Source: Felis catus
Lineage: Eukaryota
NCBI RefSeq assembly: GCF_018350175.1
Contig: NC_058368.1
Span: 155,250,001-155,314,000 of the forward strand
DNA length: 64,000 bases
Reading direction: 5' to 3'
Shown here: in pieces, positions 39,028 through 51,544 of the stretch
Layout of the letters: each line of letters opens with the position of its first letter
Position numbering within the stretch: the stretch's first letter is position 1
Made by a program: the position numbers and the translations under genes
The notes under the pieces: model-generated
What the model saw: only the letters and a program-made list of their open reading frames with translations
What the model was told of the DNA's origin: nothing
The model's database searches: none

Positions 39028-39438
39028 GGAATATTACTCAGCAATCAAAAAGAATGAAATCATGTCATTTGCAACAACATGGATAGAACTAGAGTGTATT
39101 ATGCTAAGCAAATTAAGTGAATCAGAGAAACACAAATATCATATGATTTCACTCATATGTGGAATTTAAGATACAAAACAGATGAATATAAGGGAAGGGA
39201 AGCAAACATAATACAAAAACAGAGAAGGAGACAAATGATAAGAAACTCATAAACACAGAGAATAAAACTGAGGGTTGCAGGCAGGGTGTTGGGTGGGGGG
39301 AAGGGCTAAAGGGGTAAAGGACATTAAGGAGGACACTTGTTGGGACTGATTACTGGATGTTATATGTAAGTGATGAGTCACTAAATTTTATTCCTAGAAT
39401 TATTATTACACTATATGTTAACTAACTTGGATTTTAAT

Positions 39439-39478
<40 letters not shown>

Positions 39479-39480
39479 AA
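38155..39480 (+). mobile_element. 5'-truncated carnivore L1 (frameshifted ORF2 C-terminus, 3'UTR, (TAAA)n tail)
   Basis: Peptides KAKMNYWDLIK..FCTAKETINKTKRQPTEWEKIFAN and KPKCPSTDEWIKKMWY...MISLICGI*. A (CA)n expansion lies inside ORF2 at 38987-39024. Confidence 0.96.
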
Positions 39481-39898
39481 AGAGAATCAGTTCATATGTC
39501 ATCTTTCTGGTTCTTTAAATTTTGAGAACATATAGATGATATCAATAAGTTATCAGGCTTCTGTGGTGCTAAAATGGCCAAGGCTAAGGTTTTTATCTCA
39601 TTTTATTTTTCACCAATTGCTTCTGGCAAAAGAGGAGAATTATGTCAAGATTTTAAGACTTTATGAACCGCTGTGTAAACAATATTATATATTATTAAAA
39701 AAAAGAAAACCTGTGAAAACATTTTTAAAACATCAAATGAAATTAAACTTAACAAAAAGTTACCCCAAAGAGAGGAAATAAGGCAATGGTTAGTATGTTT
39801 AGTCACATATTATTCCTAAGGTTTTATATAGTGATACACATTTTTGGAATGGCATGACCAGGTATTATAAATCTAGATACATATAAAACAATCTTTGG

Positions 39899-40240
39899 TT
39901 AAGTTTATTGCTAGGTATTTTATTTTGGGGTACAACTGTAAATGGAATTGTTTCCTTAGTTTCTCTTTCTACTACTTCATTATTAGTGCATAGCAACACT
40001 ACAAATTCTGGTTATTAATTTTGTATCCTGGAACTACTGAATTCACTTATTGCTTCTAATAGATTTTTTGAGGGAGTCTCTAGGATTTTCGATGTATGTT
40101 ATGTCATATGCAAAAAGTGACAGTTTATGGGGTGAGCATAGCATAATGTACAAAACTGTTGAATCACTAGGTTGAAACTAATATACATTATGTGTTGACT
40201 ATACATACATTCAAACACACATACATACATACATACATAC
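39899..40240. mobile_element. 5'-inverted L1: RT fragment (-) joined to L1 3' end (+)
   Basis: Minus strand 39899-40126 reads KLSLFAYDI.YIENPRDS (decayed FADDM motif). Plus strand 40127-40240 is an L1 3' terminus with an (ATAC)n tail. TSD ataaaacaa(t/g)ctttgg. Confidence 0.85.
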
Positions 40241-42994
40241 ATAAAACAAGCTTTGGGAAAATTTTGTTAAAGAGAAGTATTAAAGTAAACTTAGATTTGG
40301 TGAATTTTGTGCCATAGAAAAATATATATTTACTGGTCTTTTTTTACATTGTTTTGCTATAAAGGTAGTTAGATGTAAATACGATTTTTGGTAATAATTT
40401 ACGGATGAGCCCCCCAACATTGCTTTCATTTGAGCAAATGAGAAATCTAATTGGGATCTGTATTCTAAGAAGTAGATATTCTTTTCATTTGCCCACGATC
40501 TCTGTAACTCCATCTTCTGAACAATTTTATTCATTTCTAGGAAGAAGGTTGTGGAATTCCCAAGAGCTAAAAGAGATCATAAATTAGAGTGAGACATTAA
40601 CCATGTCCAGAACAGAATGGGGTAGAGTAACAAGGCATGTGATGTGTGTGGATTAGTATATGCTTAACAAGCTTGATCATCTTTTAAACTTGTTTTTCAG
40701 ATAGCCCATTAACTAGCCTGAAAAGAGCTCTGGAAAATCTTACATACACAGGAGGTATATGACTTGGTTTTAGAGCCTACTAATCATAGATATTAACACG
40801 ACAAAATAACAGAATTTAAGAAATTAACAAGGTATCCTGGTATCAGGGCCTCCTGACAAATACTCAAAACAGATTGGATCCAGAGAGATAAACAAGTGAG
40901 GTTCTAATTCTCACCCCACCCAGTGTATCCCACTATACCTGAGTCAACAAAAAACTGAGAGATAACACAGATATCACAGGGTGGGATATCTGAGTGCGTA
41001 ACAGCAGAATGCATTTCTTTCCTTTTCCTGTTTATGTTGTCAATTACGAAATGCTGAGTTGGAATGTTCTTATATTTAAGACCTGTTCAGCGTTTTCTCT
41101 TTTTCCTCACATTTATGTTAGCCTTTTCCTTTAATTATCTCACTGTTGTTATTCTTGGCAAGGCTGCCCTTTGCATTATGGTGTGTTTACCTTCCAAACA
41201 GTCCCTACTTCCTCCTTATCTTTGTGAGCTTATTAAAATTTCCAGCTCCAACGGCTCACTTCCCCTCTTCAGCATATCCTCACCTTCACAGCTCACTTCT
41301 CTTTCTTTCTTTTCAACCCTTCTTTCAACTCTCACCCCAGCCCTCTCACCCCTTTGGAATAACAAGTTATTTCCTCTTTCATTTCCTCTTGCAGAAGATG
41401 TTTTTGGACCCATTCCCGAAAATCTTTGGCATGAAACCCATGCCGCTCTGTGTTTCCACTGGGCACATTTCCAGAGGTGTTTCATCGGCCGGGAGCCCTT
41501 GGCCTTCACACCAACTTAGGCCTGGCTTTGTCAATCATGTCCATCACTGTCCAGCATTCCCAGCAAGCCACTATGGTGGGAACAGGACTAGCAGGGTCTT
41601 GTTCCCTCTGGCAATAGGCTCTTGTTTTTATATGATTTTCAAAAAGTCTGTTTGAGGTAGGAAAATCTGGACTTCTTCTTTTACAGCAAGTGAAAAGGCG
41701 ATTAGGTGAAGGGAGGGAGTGCTAAGTCAGCAATACTTACGTGGCTGAGACATGTTTCTGAATCTATGTAATAAGTTTATTATCCGATTGCTTTTCATTC
41801 TTTATAGGTCAATGCAGAAGTGAGTTTGACAGCTGCATCCAAGCTGGAGGACAAAAATCTGTGAAACCAAAACTCTACCTAAAATTAAGTGTTTTCTGTT
41901 TTAAGGTGGAAAAAGTTGAGCAGAGGGGAGTTGAATTAATTTGTCCTTTACTGGGGAACGGAGCCTTATTCCCTATAACGATTCTATTAAACAGACTAAA
42001 AAATTTACTATTTATTACTCGATAGTGTATTGAAGTGAACAGTTTCATTGCACATTTTGATGTTTGTTCTTAATATTTAGTATCACTAATATGATATATT
42101 TAAGAGCTAGATGACACTGTCTTGAGAAGAAGGTCTTTCTTAGGTAGTGAAAGACACGGAGATTAAGAAGCCATGACAGTGTCCTGAGTCATGTAACCCT
42201 AAGCAGTGTCCTTGACGTTCTATATCTAGTACTCTGGCAACCACGTAAGTAATGCACGAGAGTACACACTCAGACTAATGGCATTCAACTCTGGTACCCA
42301 TGAACAGACACACTGAAAGTGAACAAATTAGTAATTTCCCTTGAGTCAAAGCATTCTGGATCCAAAATCTAAACCTGGTCTATTTTATGAAGTTTGATTG
42401 GTTTGTTGGGTGCAAAGGTTGGTAACAGAATAGAAGAGGCCGTGACTTTTCATCTAAGTTTAAATATTGCTTAGTAAATAAGTCCAGGTACTGGGCCAAG
42501 TTTAAACATGTTCTAAGTTACTCCAGTATATTGTTGTCAGTACAGTTAAAAATGCAAAGTCAAAGAGACTTCGAATTCAAAATTGTATCTGCCAGCAGCT
42601 CCAATACAGCATCTCCCTTCAATCTTATGAACATACTGATGAGGGCTCAGAAAATGCCACATTGCTTATAAGGCCAGCGTTCAGGACACAAATAAATCAG
42701 CGGAAGAGGAAGGAAGAAGACAGAACCTTTGTAGATCAGGGGGCACTAGTGAGCCCTTGTTCAACTGATGACCCAGCAACCATTCAAATCCACCTCACAG
42801 CCCTAGGGCTAAAGAGGACACCAGACCCCACACAAGAGACTGAGAGCAGGGCCCAAAACAATCCACTCACCCTCTCCACTAACAATGTCCAGTCTGCAGA
42901 GCTCACTCTTGTGTGAGGATGAACAAAAACGGATGGGAAAAGTACTACAGAACAAGAGAAAGAGCAAGTTCCGCAAGACCCCAAGCAAGAGCAA

Positions 42995-43140
42995 GCTGGG
43001 TTTGAGTTTATCACTTGCTGGGCACCTGAACTTGGACAAGGTACTTAAACTCTCTCATCTTCAGTTTTTGTGAGAATTAAATAATGTATAAAAAGCAAAA
43101 AATGTTGTCTCTAAGATAGAAATACTCATTAAATGCTGAT
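42995..43140 (+). mobile_element. MIR
   Basis: ctgggtttgagt...cttggacaaggtacttaaactctct...gtgagaattaaat. Confidence 0.65.
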
Positions 43141-44266
43141 TAGTGTAATGATTATGATTACCAGATATTAAGATGCATTATCAAGTTGTCATTCATTCAT
43201 TCATTCAGCAAATATTATTGAATGCCTGTTCTATTCTGACATTAAAGCCATACTGTATTCCCTTTCTTATTATCATGCTGCTTCTATTCTAGCATAATAA
43301 TTAATAATTAAAATAGTTCTGCTTTAGGAATGATAAGCTAAATGGAAAGCAGTATGGTAATATTATCAATTGAGTTCTGGGAGAGAGGGTCATAGGAATT
43401 TCAAAATCAGAGTCAAAATCTGAGTTCAACTACACAAACTGTATTATAAACTGGATTTAATATAAGCTTATGTAACTCAACTTTTATATCTAATATTTAA
43501 GAACAAAATTACTATTGTACCCACAAATATAAGTGCAACAGTATCTGACCACAGACTCCACATCAATTGTTTGTCTAATGTGGAATATGGAACACAGAAG
43601 GAAATTAACTTATTAAGTTTTTCTATTAAAAAAAGTAGACCAATGCAATAATATTGGTCCTAACTTGCTAGCAATCCTGATGTTCTGTAAGTCACTATTT
43701 CAGAACCAGAACTTTCTCCCATACAATACTCAGAGGTCTTTGCCATTTAATTTAATGTCATGAAATTAGTCCTTTTACACTAATTCTGCTAATATTGATC
43801 TATATGGATTTTCTTAGAGAAAATCACAATAAGAACACAATTTTAAACTGACTTTTGAAATATGGCTTAAATTCATTGATCTTTTTTGTCTGGGTCTGGG
43901 CTGAAGGAGTAAGTTATCATATATTTGCCTTAAAGTAAACCCATTCTTCAGGTTGTCTAAAATGTAATATGTTACCATTTCTGCTCCTCACTAATTTAAT
44001 AAATCCAGTTGTTGTTGTTTTTTCCAAAAAAAAAAAATCCCTGAAGATGTTTTTGTTCTGTGTATAATGACTCCTCAAGCATCCTAATAAAGTACACTTG
44101 AATCTTGCAATGAAAGTGTTCTTAAGTAAGTCTTCTTCTCATTCGGACTACCCCACCCGGCAGCAAAAACTTTTACCTAATTGTGAACATTAAAATTACA
44201 TGATTTGGGTCCCCTGAAAAGTTTTGACTAAATAGGTACTCATGGAAACATGTCAGAGGATATAAC

Positions 44267-44304
44267 AATTTCTAAGCCATACATTAAAGTATGGCTTAGA
44301 AATT
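44267..44304. repeat. Perfect inverted repeat, 16-bp stem and 6-nt loop
   Basis: aatttctaagccatac-attaaa-gtatggcttagaaatt. Confidence 0.97.
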
Positions 44305-44859
44305 AGAAATTGGATGCTGAAATGGAATCCTCTTTTGTTTTTAAGATTATTTGTCTATCCTTAGAGAAGCCAAAAAAGAAAAATAACTTCTTGCCCCACA
44401 CTAAGCACCTTTAAAGTCATGAAATGCAAAGCCCCTTTGGACCATCTCCTGTCTTTCTAGCTCTCTCTCTGCCAGTAAAGGCTTTTTAAAAATGGAAAGG
44501 AATATCTTTATGTTCTGCCTAACTGTTCCCTGCTGCCTCCTTCTTTTTGATGGGTAGGTTGGTGCTACCATCAGCAGTCCAATTCTCTATCATCACATTT
44601 AAACTACACCGAAAAGGAAAAAGGAGAGAGCAAGTATCACAGAATCCAGGGAGCTGACCACACTGGCTTCAAGTTTGCTCATTGAAACATGCCTCCCTAG
44701 AGCCGCCAGTCCATAACCGTATGTGAAGAGTTTGAAGAAAGAAAAACAGCAGAAGAAATACCAAATATTCAGATACAAGTAGCTGACCAAAAATGGTTTC
44801 TACCATGTTACCAGCCAGTATCTTACTCATGCATAGAGCAGTGGGCAGAAATGGTCTTG

Positions 44860-45060
44860 GAGGCAAACAGTCCTGAGTTGTTGTAATCATGGCTCTGTAT
44901 CTGGACGAGTTAGTCAGTTTCTCTGAGCCTGTTTCCTCATCCAGAAAATACAGATTATAATACTTTCTTGTTACTGTTGTAATACAAATTAAGTTAAAAT
45001 GAAATCTGTGAAGTACTTGGAATGGCAACTGACCCACAATAAGTACTGTTAAGTATCAGC
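44860..45060 (+). mobile_element. MIR
   Basis: gagttagtcagtttctctgagcctgtttcctcatccagaaaa core. Confidence 0.75.
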
Positions 45061-45379
45061 TATTAGCATCATCAGCCTCATCATCATCATTTCTTCTAAT
45101 TGTCTCTGTTGTGCATTCCTTGTTTCCCCCTATTATGTCAGTCATTTCAATCCAAATGTTTAAGTACATACCACGTGCCAAGCAAGCACTGTAGAGGGAT
45201 TTGTGATACAAAGAATAACTGGAATGTGGAGATTCTGTACGCAGGCAACCAAGATCCAAAAGATGGGACAGAGATATAAACACATAAGCACTCTACCTAC
45301 TAGTGAACTCATGACACTGTTTTGCCCTTATTTCTGTGCATGTCTACATTTGTTAACAAACTACATGCCTCTCATCACC

Positions 45380-45490
45380 AAGGCCCATGTCTTAGTCTTC
45401 TTGATAGCCCTAGTACCTAATCTGGCCCATGATTACATACTTGTGCAATAAATGTTTGCAGAACAAACAAATGAATAAATGAATGCTTTG
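45380..45490 (+). mobile_element. LINE-2 3' end
   Basis: ccctagtaccta...caataaatgtttgcagaacaaacaaatgaataaatgaatg. Confidence 0.65.
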
Positions 45491-45774
45491 CATTCACAGC
45501 AAAGAGAGCTTACTTCACCTAGAGAAGACGGGGTGGTCTCACCAAGGAGGTCACATTTGAGCTGGGTCTTAGTGAATAAATTGAAATTCAATACATGAAA
45601 AGGGCTGAGGTGTGAAAGAGCTTTCTCGGGAAAAGGAACCATATAAAAATTCAATTATAAATTCTTTGAGGGTTAGAGTTCCAGTTTTAAATTCTCTTAT
45701 AACAGTGCACAGGACTTTGAAGAGTACTGAACAAGAAAAGTTATCCATGGATAACTGAATATCAACACCACCTA

Positions 45775-45985
45775 ATATTTCTTGAGCACTTAAACATGCT
45801 GGTACTGTAGTAAATGGCTTACAGTATTAACTCATTTAATTGCAAAACAATCATATGAAGTAGGTAATCATTTTAGTTAGGAACAGAGAGGTTAAGTGCT
45901 TTACTCAAGGTCACACAGACAGGAACTAGCCGAGCCAGCTTTCAAACATAGACAGTCTGAATAGAGAGCTTATAGTCTTACAGGC
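45775..45985 (-). mobile_element. MIR
   Basis: gtattaactcatttaat...agagaggttaagtgctttactcaaggtcacacag. Confidence 0.78.
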
Positions 45986-46004
45986 TCTCTCACCTTTCTA
46001 TTTA

Positions 46005-46515
46005 TTCACTCCATCACTCAGTAAATACTGATTACTGACTTTGTGCCAGGCACTCTAGTGTTCTAAGCACTAGAGTAGTGCTTACCCTTGTGAAGCTTGC
46101 ATACTAGTATGAGAAGAAATACAATAAACTAAACAAATAAGTAAACAATATAAAATATGAGATAATAGTGCTATGGGATAATAATAAGGAGAGAAGGGGA
46201 AAAAAGGGGTGTGAGATAAAGAAGAGATGTTAAACTTTAACTACGGGAGTCTGGGAAGGCCTCTCTGAGAAGATGACATTTAAGCAAAACTTGATACAGG
46301 TGAAAGAGAGAGAGCTCTGTGGTTATCTGGAGGGAGAGATATGGAAGCAAAGGGCAGAGCAAGTGCAAAGTTGCTGAAATAAGAACATGCCTGGCCTGTT
46401 GAGGAATCACAGTGGGCCAATGTGGCCGAAGCAGAGTAAGCAATGAGGGAAGAAGATGAGGCCAGATCATCCAGAGTCTTCTAAACACTGACTTACATTC
46501 AGTAGGGAAAACACC
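46005..46515 (-). mobile_element. LINE-2 3' portion
   Basis: tgtgccaggcact...gggaaggcctctctgagaagatgacatttaagc. Confidence 0.8.
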
Positions 46516-46625
46516 ATTCAATGATTGGTTTTCTTTACACTACTACTCAATCAGCCTTCTTCCCTAGCCTGAGCCAAGCAATGGAACAGGTTTGACAACT
46601 GGCCACCCCACCCATTCTGTTCTTT

Positions 46626-47548
46626 TTTTTTTTTTTTTATGAAATTTATTGACAAACTGGTTTCCATACAACACCCAGTGCTCATCCCAAAAGGTGCCCT
46701 CCTCAAAACCCATCACCCACCCTCTCCTCCCTCCCACCCCCCATCAACCCTCAGTTTGTTCTCAGTTTTTAACAGTCTCTTATGCTTTGGCTCTCTCCCA
46801 CTCTAACCTGTTTTTTTTTTTTTTCCTTCCCCTCCCCCATGGGTTCCTGTTAAGTTTCTCAGGATCCACATAAGAGTGAAACCATATGGTATCTGTCTTT
46901 CTCTGTATGGCTTATTTCACTTAGCATCACACTCTCCAGTTCCATCCACGTTGCTACAAAAGGCCATATTTCATTTTTTCTCATTGCCACGTAATATTCC
47001 ATTGTGTATATAAACCACAATTTCTTTATCCATTCATCAGTTGATGGACATTTAGGCTCTTTCCATAATTTGGCTATTGTTGAGAGTGCTGCTATGAACA
47101 TTGGGGTACAAGTGGCCCTATGCATCAGTACTCCTGTATCCAGAAGGAGAGATAAAGGTCTTCCCAAACAAACAAAAACTGAAGGAATTTGTCACCACTA
47201 AACCAGCCCTACAAGAGATCCTAAGGGGGACCCTGTGAGACAAAGTCCCAGAGACATCACTACAAGCATAAAACATACAGACATCACAATGACTCTAAAC
47301 CCATATCTTTCTATAATAACACTGAATGTAAATGGATTAAATGCGCCAACCAAAAGACATAGGGTATCAGAATGGATAAAAAAAACAAGACCCATCTACT
47401 TGCTGTCTACAAGAGACTCATTTTAGACCTGAGGACACCTTTAGATTGAGAGTGAGGGGATGGAGAACTATTTATCATGCGACTGGAAGCCAAAAGAAAG
47501 CTGGAGTAGCCATACTTATATCAGACAAACTAGACTTTAAATTAAAGG
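46626..47548. mobile_element. Young twin-primed L1: 3' end (-) 46626-47141 plus inverted ORF1-end/ORF2-start (+) 47142-47548
   Basis: Minus: CTPMFIAALSTIAKLWKEPKCPSTDEWIKK...LLCGS*, 3'UTR, poly(A). Plus: EGEIKVFPNKQKLKEFVTTKPALQEILRGTL*, then MTLNPYLSIITLNVNGLNAPTKRHRV. TSD ccattctgttcttt. Confidence 0.96.
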
Positions 47549-48044
47549 CCATTCTGTTCTTTAGATCCAGAGAGTGAGTTCACTTTTTGGTACTAAAGGA
47601 CCTATCCCATTTTCTTTGCATCCGTTTCTGCATACAATAAAATAGAACCATGGACAGAATCATTATTGACTTAGAAAAAGTCTCTGGACCCTTAAATAAG
47701 ATTGATGCATTTAAGAGACCAGAAGATTAGGGGCAGGGTAGGAAAGGAATGCTTACTTTAGAAGAGCTGCTCTGAGCTTGTAACCATTTTTTGATGACAA
47801 TTTTTGTGATTTTATCTTATCTCCTACCCAGTGTTCATGGGTAGTAAGGCGCATTTAGTTAAAATGCTTTTTTTTTTCATATATTGTACAAATGTTTCAA
47901 ATAAATACCAATTTTTTGGCTCCTAAACTTAGATTATTTTGTTTTACCTCAATTTTCAATTTATAATTTGATGCCAGAGTCCCATTTTGGGTGAAAATCT
48001 TCTTCAAGGAAGAACCCCATTCACCATTCAAACAAAACACAAAA

Positions 48045-48240
48045 GGGCACCTGGGTGGCTCAGTCGGTTAAGCATTGGACTTCGGCTCATGTCATGATCT
48101 TGCCATTCTCGAGCTCAAGCCCTGCGTCAGGCTTTGTGCTGACAGCTCAGATTCTGTGTCTCCTTCTCTCTCTGCCCCTCCCCTGCTAGAACTCTGCCTC
48201 TCTCCCTCTCAAAAATAAATAAACATTAAAAAATTTAAAA
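48045..48240 (+). mobile_element. Can-SINE with an internal deletion
   Basis: gggcacctgggtggctcagtcgg head. gacagctcagattctgtg lacks the gcctggagcctgct segment. Confidence 0.92.
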
Positions 48241-50249
48241 GAACCCACAAAGACTAAATTTGACAGGGAAATTTCATAATAAGATAAAAGCAAATATAAG
48301 TAACCAAGAAATGAATAATCTTAAAATCTATTATCTTAATAATCATTCTTTATAAGAAATGTGAAATCTTTGATTCAATGAAATTTTTAATCATTTTTAT
48401 TTAGGTAAAATTTACATACAATGAAATCCACAGAGCTTAGGTATGTAGGTTAACAAGTAAATATAAACATTCAAGTAACCAGCAACCTTTAAGTAAAAAG
48501 ATACAGAAAAATTCCATCTTCCCATAAAGTTTCTCACACATCTTACTAGTAAATGCCTTCAAATGCCAAGACAACCACTGTTCTCATTTCAAAATCTCAC
48601 CCTAGATTAGTTTTACCATGTCTTGAATTTCACACAAATGGAATCATACAGTACACACTCATTTGAGTCTTGCTTCTTTTGCTCAACATATTGAGATTCA
48701 TTCATATTGTGTAGCAGCCTTAGTTCATCATGTTTATTGCAAAGTCATATTCCATTGGATGACTGTGCCAGTTTGCTTACTCATTCTCTTGTTGATGGAC
48801 ATTGGGTCGTTTCCAGTTTGAGGCTACTGTGAAAAAAAGCTGCTATGGACATTCTTGTAGAATTCTTTTGTGAACAAATGTTTTCATTTCTCTTGGCTAA
48901 AAACACTAGAGAGTAATTGTGCAGTTATAGAGGTTGTTTATCTACATTTCACTTTATAAGAAAGTACCAGACAGCTTCCACAACTCACGTTGTTTTCTCC
49001 TCCCACGCAGTTCATGAGAGATGTAAATGGTACGTATCTTCACCAATATTTGGTGTGTTGAGTTTTTTTTTTTTTTTAAGAAAAGCCATTCCAGTCTTCC
49101 TGAAAGGCTCTCTCATTGTGGATTTAATTTGCATTTCTCTGATGACAAATGATTCTGAGCCCATTTTCAGGGGCTTATTGGCCATTTGCCTATCTTCTTT
49201 TTGAAATGCCTGATCTAGTTAGTCTTTTTGCTCATATTTATTGAATTGTTTGTTTTCTTTATTGATATGTAAAACTCTTTTACATCTTTTTGATTATGTC
49301 ATTTGGCAGTATATTTTTTAAATGATTTGTTTCAGTCTGTTGCATGTCTTTTCTATTTTCAGTGGTGTTTTTGATTATAAAATATTTTTAACCTTGATGA
49401 AGTCTAACTTAATCATTTAAAAAATGTTTTGTGGTTCATACTTGTTGCATTCTAAAAAGTCTTTGCTGTCTCAAGTTCACAGTGATATTCTCGGTTTTCT
49501 TCTAGAAATTTTATACTTCTATGTTTAAGTTTATACACCATCTCAAATTAATTTGCATATAGTATGACAAAGGGGTCAAGATTCATTTTTTTCTCCATGC
49601 ATTTATCCATTTGTTCCAACTCCATTTGTTGCAAATATTTCCCATTTCCTCACTGAACTGCAGTGGCATCTTGATCAAAAGTCAATTTGCTACATATATG
49701 CATATCTATTTCTAGACCTTATTCTGCTGATATATTTTTCTATCTTTATACCAATAATATATTGTCTTGACTACCATAGTTTTATAGTAAGTGTTGAAAT
49801 CAGGTAGTTTAGTTCCTCTAAGTTTGTTCTTTTTCAAAATTATTTTGGTTCTTCTAGACTCTTTTCACTTCCACACAAATTACAGAATCAGCTACTTTCT
49901 CCAAAAGTGGCGATGGGAGCTATTGTAACTTTGATTGGAATTGTGTTGTCTCTATCTTTGGATCAATTAGGCAGAAGTGATATTTCAACAACACTGAGTC
50001 TTCTTTCCATGGACAAGGTATAATTCTCCTTTATTTAGGTTTCCTTTAATTACTGTCAGCATTGTTTTGACGTCTTCAGTGTAGAAGTCTTGAACATGTT
50101 TTGCTAAATTTATGTCTATTTATTTTAGGAATTTTGATGCTGTTGTATCCTTAAATTTTGTGTTCAAATTTTTTGTTCCTATAATATAAAAATACAAATA
50201 ACTTTATCTATTGACCTTGTATCCTATCACTTTACAAACCCACTTATTA

Positions 50250-50438
50250 ACATTTTTTGAGAGAGAGAGAAAAAGCACGTGAGTGGGGAAGGGGAGAGAG
50301 AAAGTGGGGGAGAGTAGATCCGAAGCAGGTTCTATGCTGACAGCAGAGAGCTCGATGCAAGGCTCGAACTCACGAACCGTGAGATCATGACCTGAGCAAA
50401 AGCTGGACACTTAAGCAACTGAGATACCCAGGCACCCC
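50250..50438 (-). mobile_element. Can-SINE within old L1
   Basis: TSD acaaacccactta at 50234-50246 and 50439-50451. Confidence 0.92.
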
Positions 50439-50613
50439 ACAAACCCACTTACTAGTTCTAGTAGTTTTCCTGTTGCTTTCTGAAGATTATCTATACACAC
50501 TATTATAGCATCTGCAAATAAAAGCAGTTTGACTTTTTTTCTTTTCAATATTTATGTCTTAAATTCCTTTTTATTTAATTCCTTTTCATTTTATTTATTT
50601 TCTCCTTTTCTAG

Positions 50614-50826
50614 GTTTTTGGGTTTTTTTAATATTTTTTAATGTTTATTTATTTTTGAGAGAGACAGAGAGTGAATGGGGGAGGTCAGAGAGAGAGAGGG
50701 AGACAGAATCTGAAGCAGGATCCAGGCTCTGAGCTGTAAGCACAGAGCTCCATGTAGGGCTCAAATGCAGGATCATGACCTGAGGTGAAGTCAGACACTT
50801 AATTGACTGAGCCACCCAGGTGCTCC
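50614..50826 (-). mobile_element. Can-SINE within old L1
   Basis: Antisense tail and body, head gagccacccaggtgctcc. Confidence 0.92.
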
Positions 50827-51250
50827 TCTCTTTTTTTAAGAGAAAATACTTCACATGGTGGCAGCTAAGACCTCCAATATAATGGTAGATGGAACTTGGA
50901 AAACTGGACATCCATAAGAGTACATTGTGGCCTTAATCCTTATCTTAGGGAAAACCTATTCAGTTTTTCACCATTAAATGTAATGTTAGCTGTAGGGGTT
51001 TTTTATTTGTTTTTCTTTTTTTTTTCTTTGTTTCCTAGTTTTTTTTAGATGCTGTTTATCACATTAAGTTTTCTTCTATTCTTTTTCCATTTCTTCCAGT
51101 ATGGATCTGTTGAAAATAAAGTCTCTCAAATTCCATTCATCTAAAAATATCTTATTATGTCAGTATGATTTTTAAAGGATATTTTCATTACATATTGAAT
51201 TCAAGGCTGACAGGTTACTTTTTTATGACCTTTAAAGATATTTCACTGTC

Positions 51251-51425
51251 GGGGCACCTGGGTGGTTCAGTGGGTTGGGCATCCGACTTCGGCTCAGGTC
51301 ATGATCTCACGGTTTGTGAATTTGAGCCCCGCATCAGGCTCTGTGCGGACAGCTCGGAGCCTGGAGCCTGGAGCCTGCTTCTGATTCTGTGTCTCACTAT
51401 CTCTCTGCTCCTCCCCTGTTCACGT

Positions 51426-51464
<39 letters not shown>

Positions 51465-51488
51465 AATAAAATAAACATTTAAAAAAAG
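51251..51488 (+). mobile_element. Can-SINE within old L1
   Basis: TSD gatatttca(c/t)tgtc at 51237-51250 and 51489-51502. Confidence 0.94.
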
Positions 51489-51544
51489 GATATTTCATTG
51501 TCTTCTGATCTCCATACTTTCTCATAAGAAATCAATCATCATTC

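Noticed and set aside
38197..39169. L1 ORF2-like ORFs as a functional CDS
   Set aside because: The element is 5'-truncated, has several frameshifts and contains a (CA)n insertion.
39284..39315. G-quadruplex motif
   Set aside because: It is the ordinary G-rich tract of the L1 3'UTR and is not specific to this locus.
41064..41655. Overlapping 151-aa and 169-aa ORFs, with a possible exon starting near 41394
   Set aside because: The Leu/Ser/Phe/Pro-rich composition reflects a pyrimidine-rich tract, no domain is recognisable, and the ORFs use non-ATG or weak starts.
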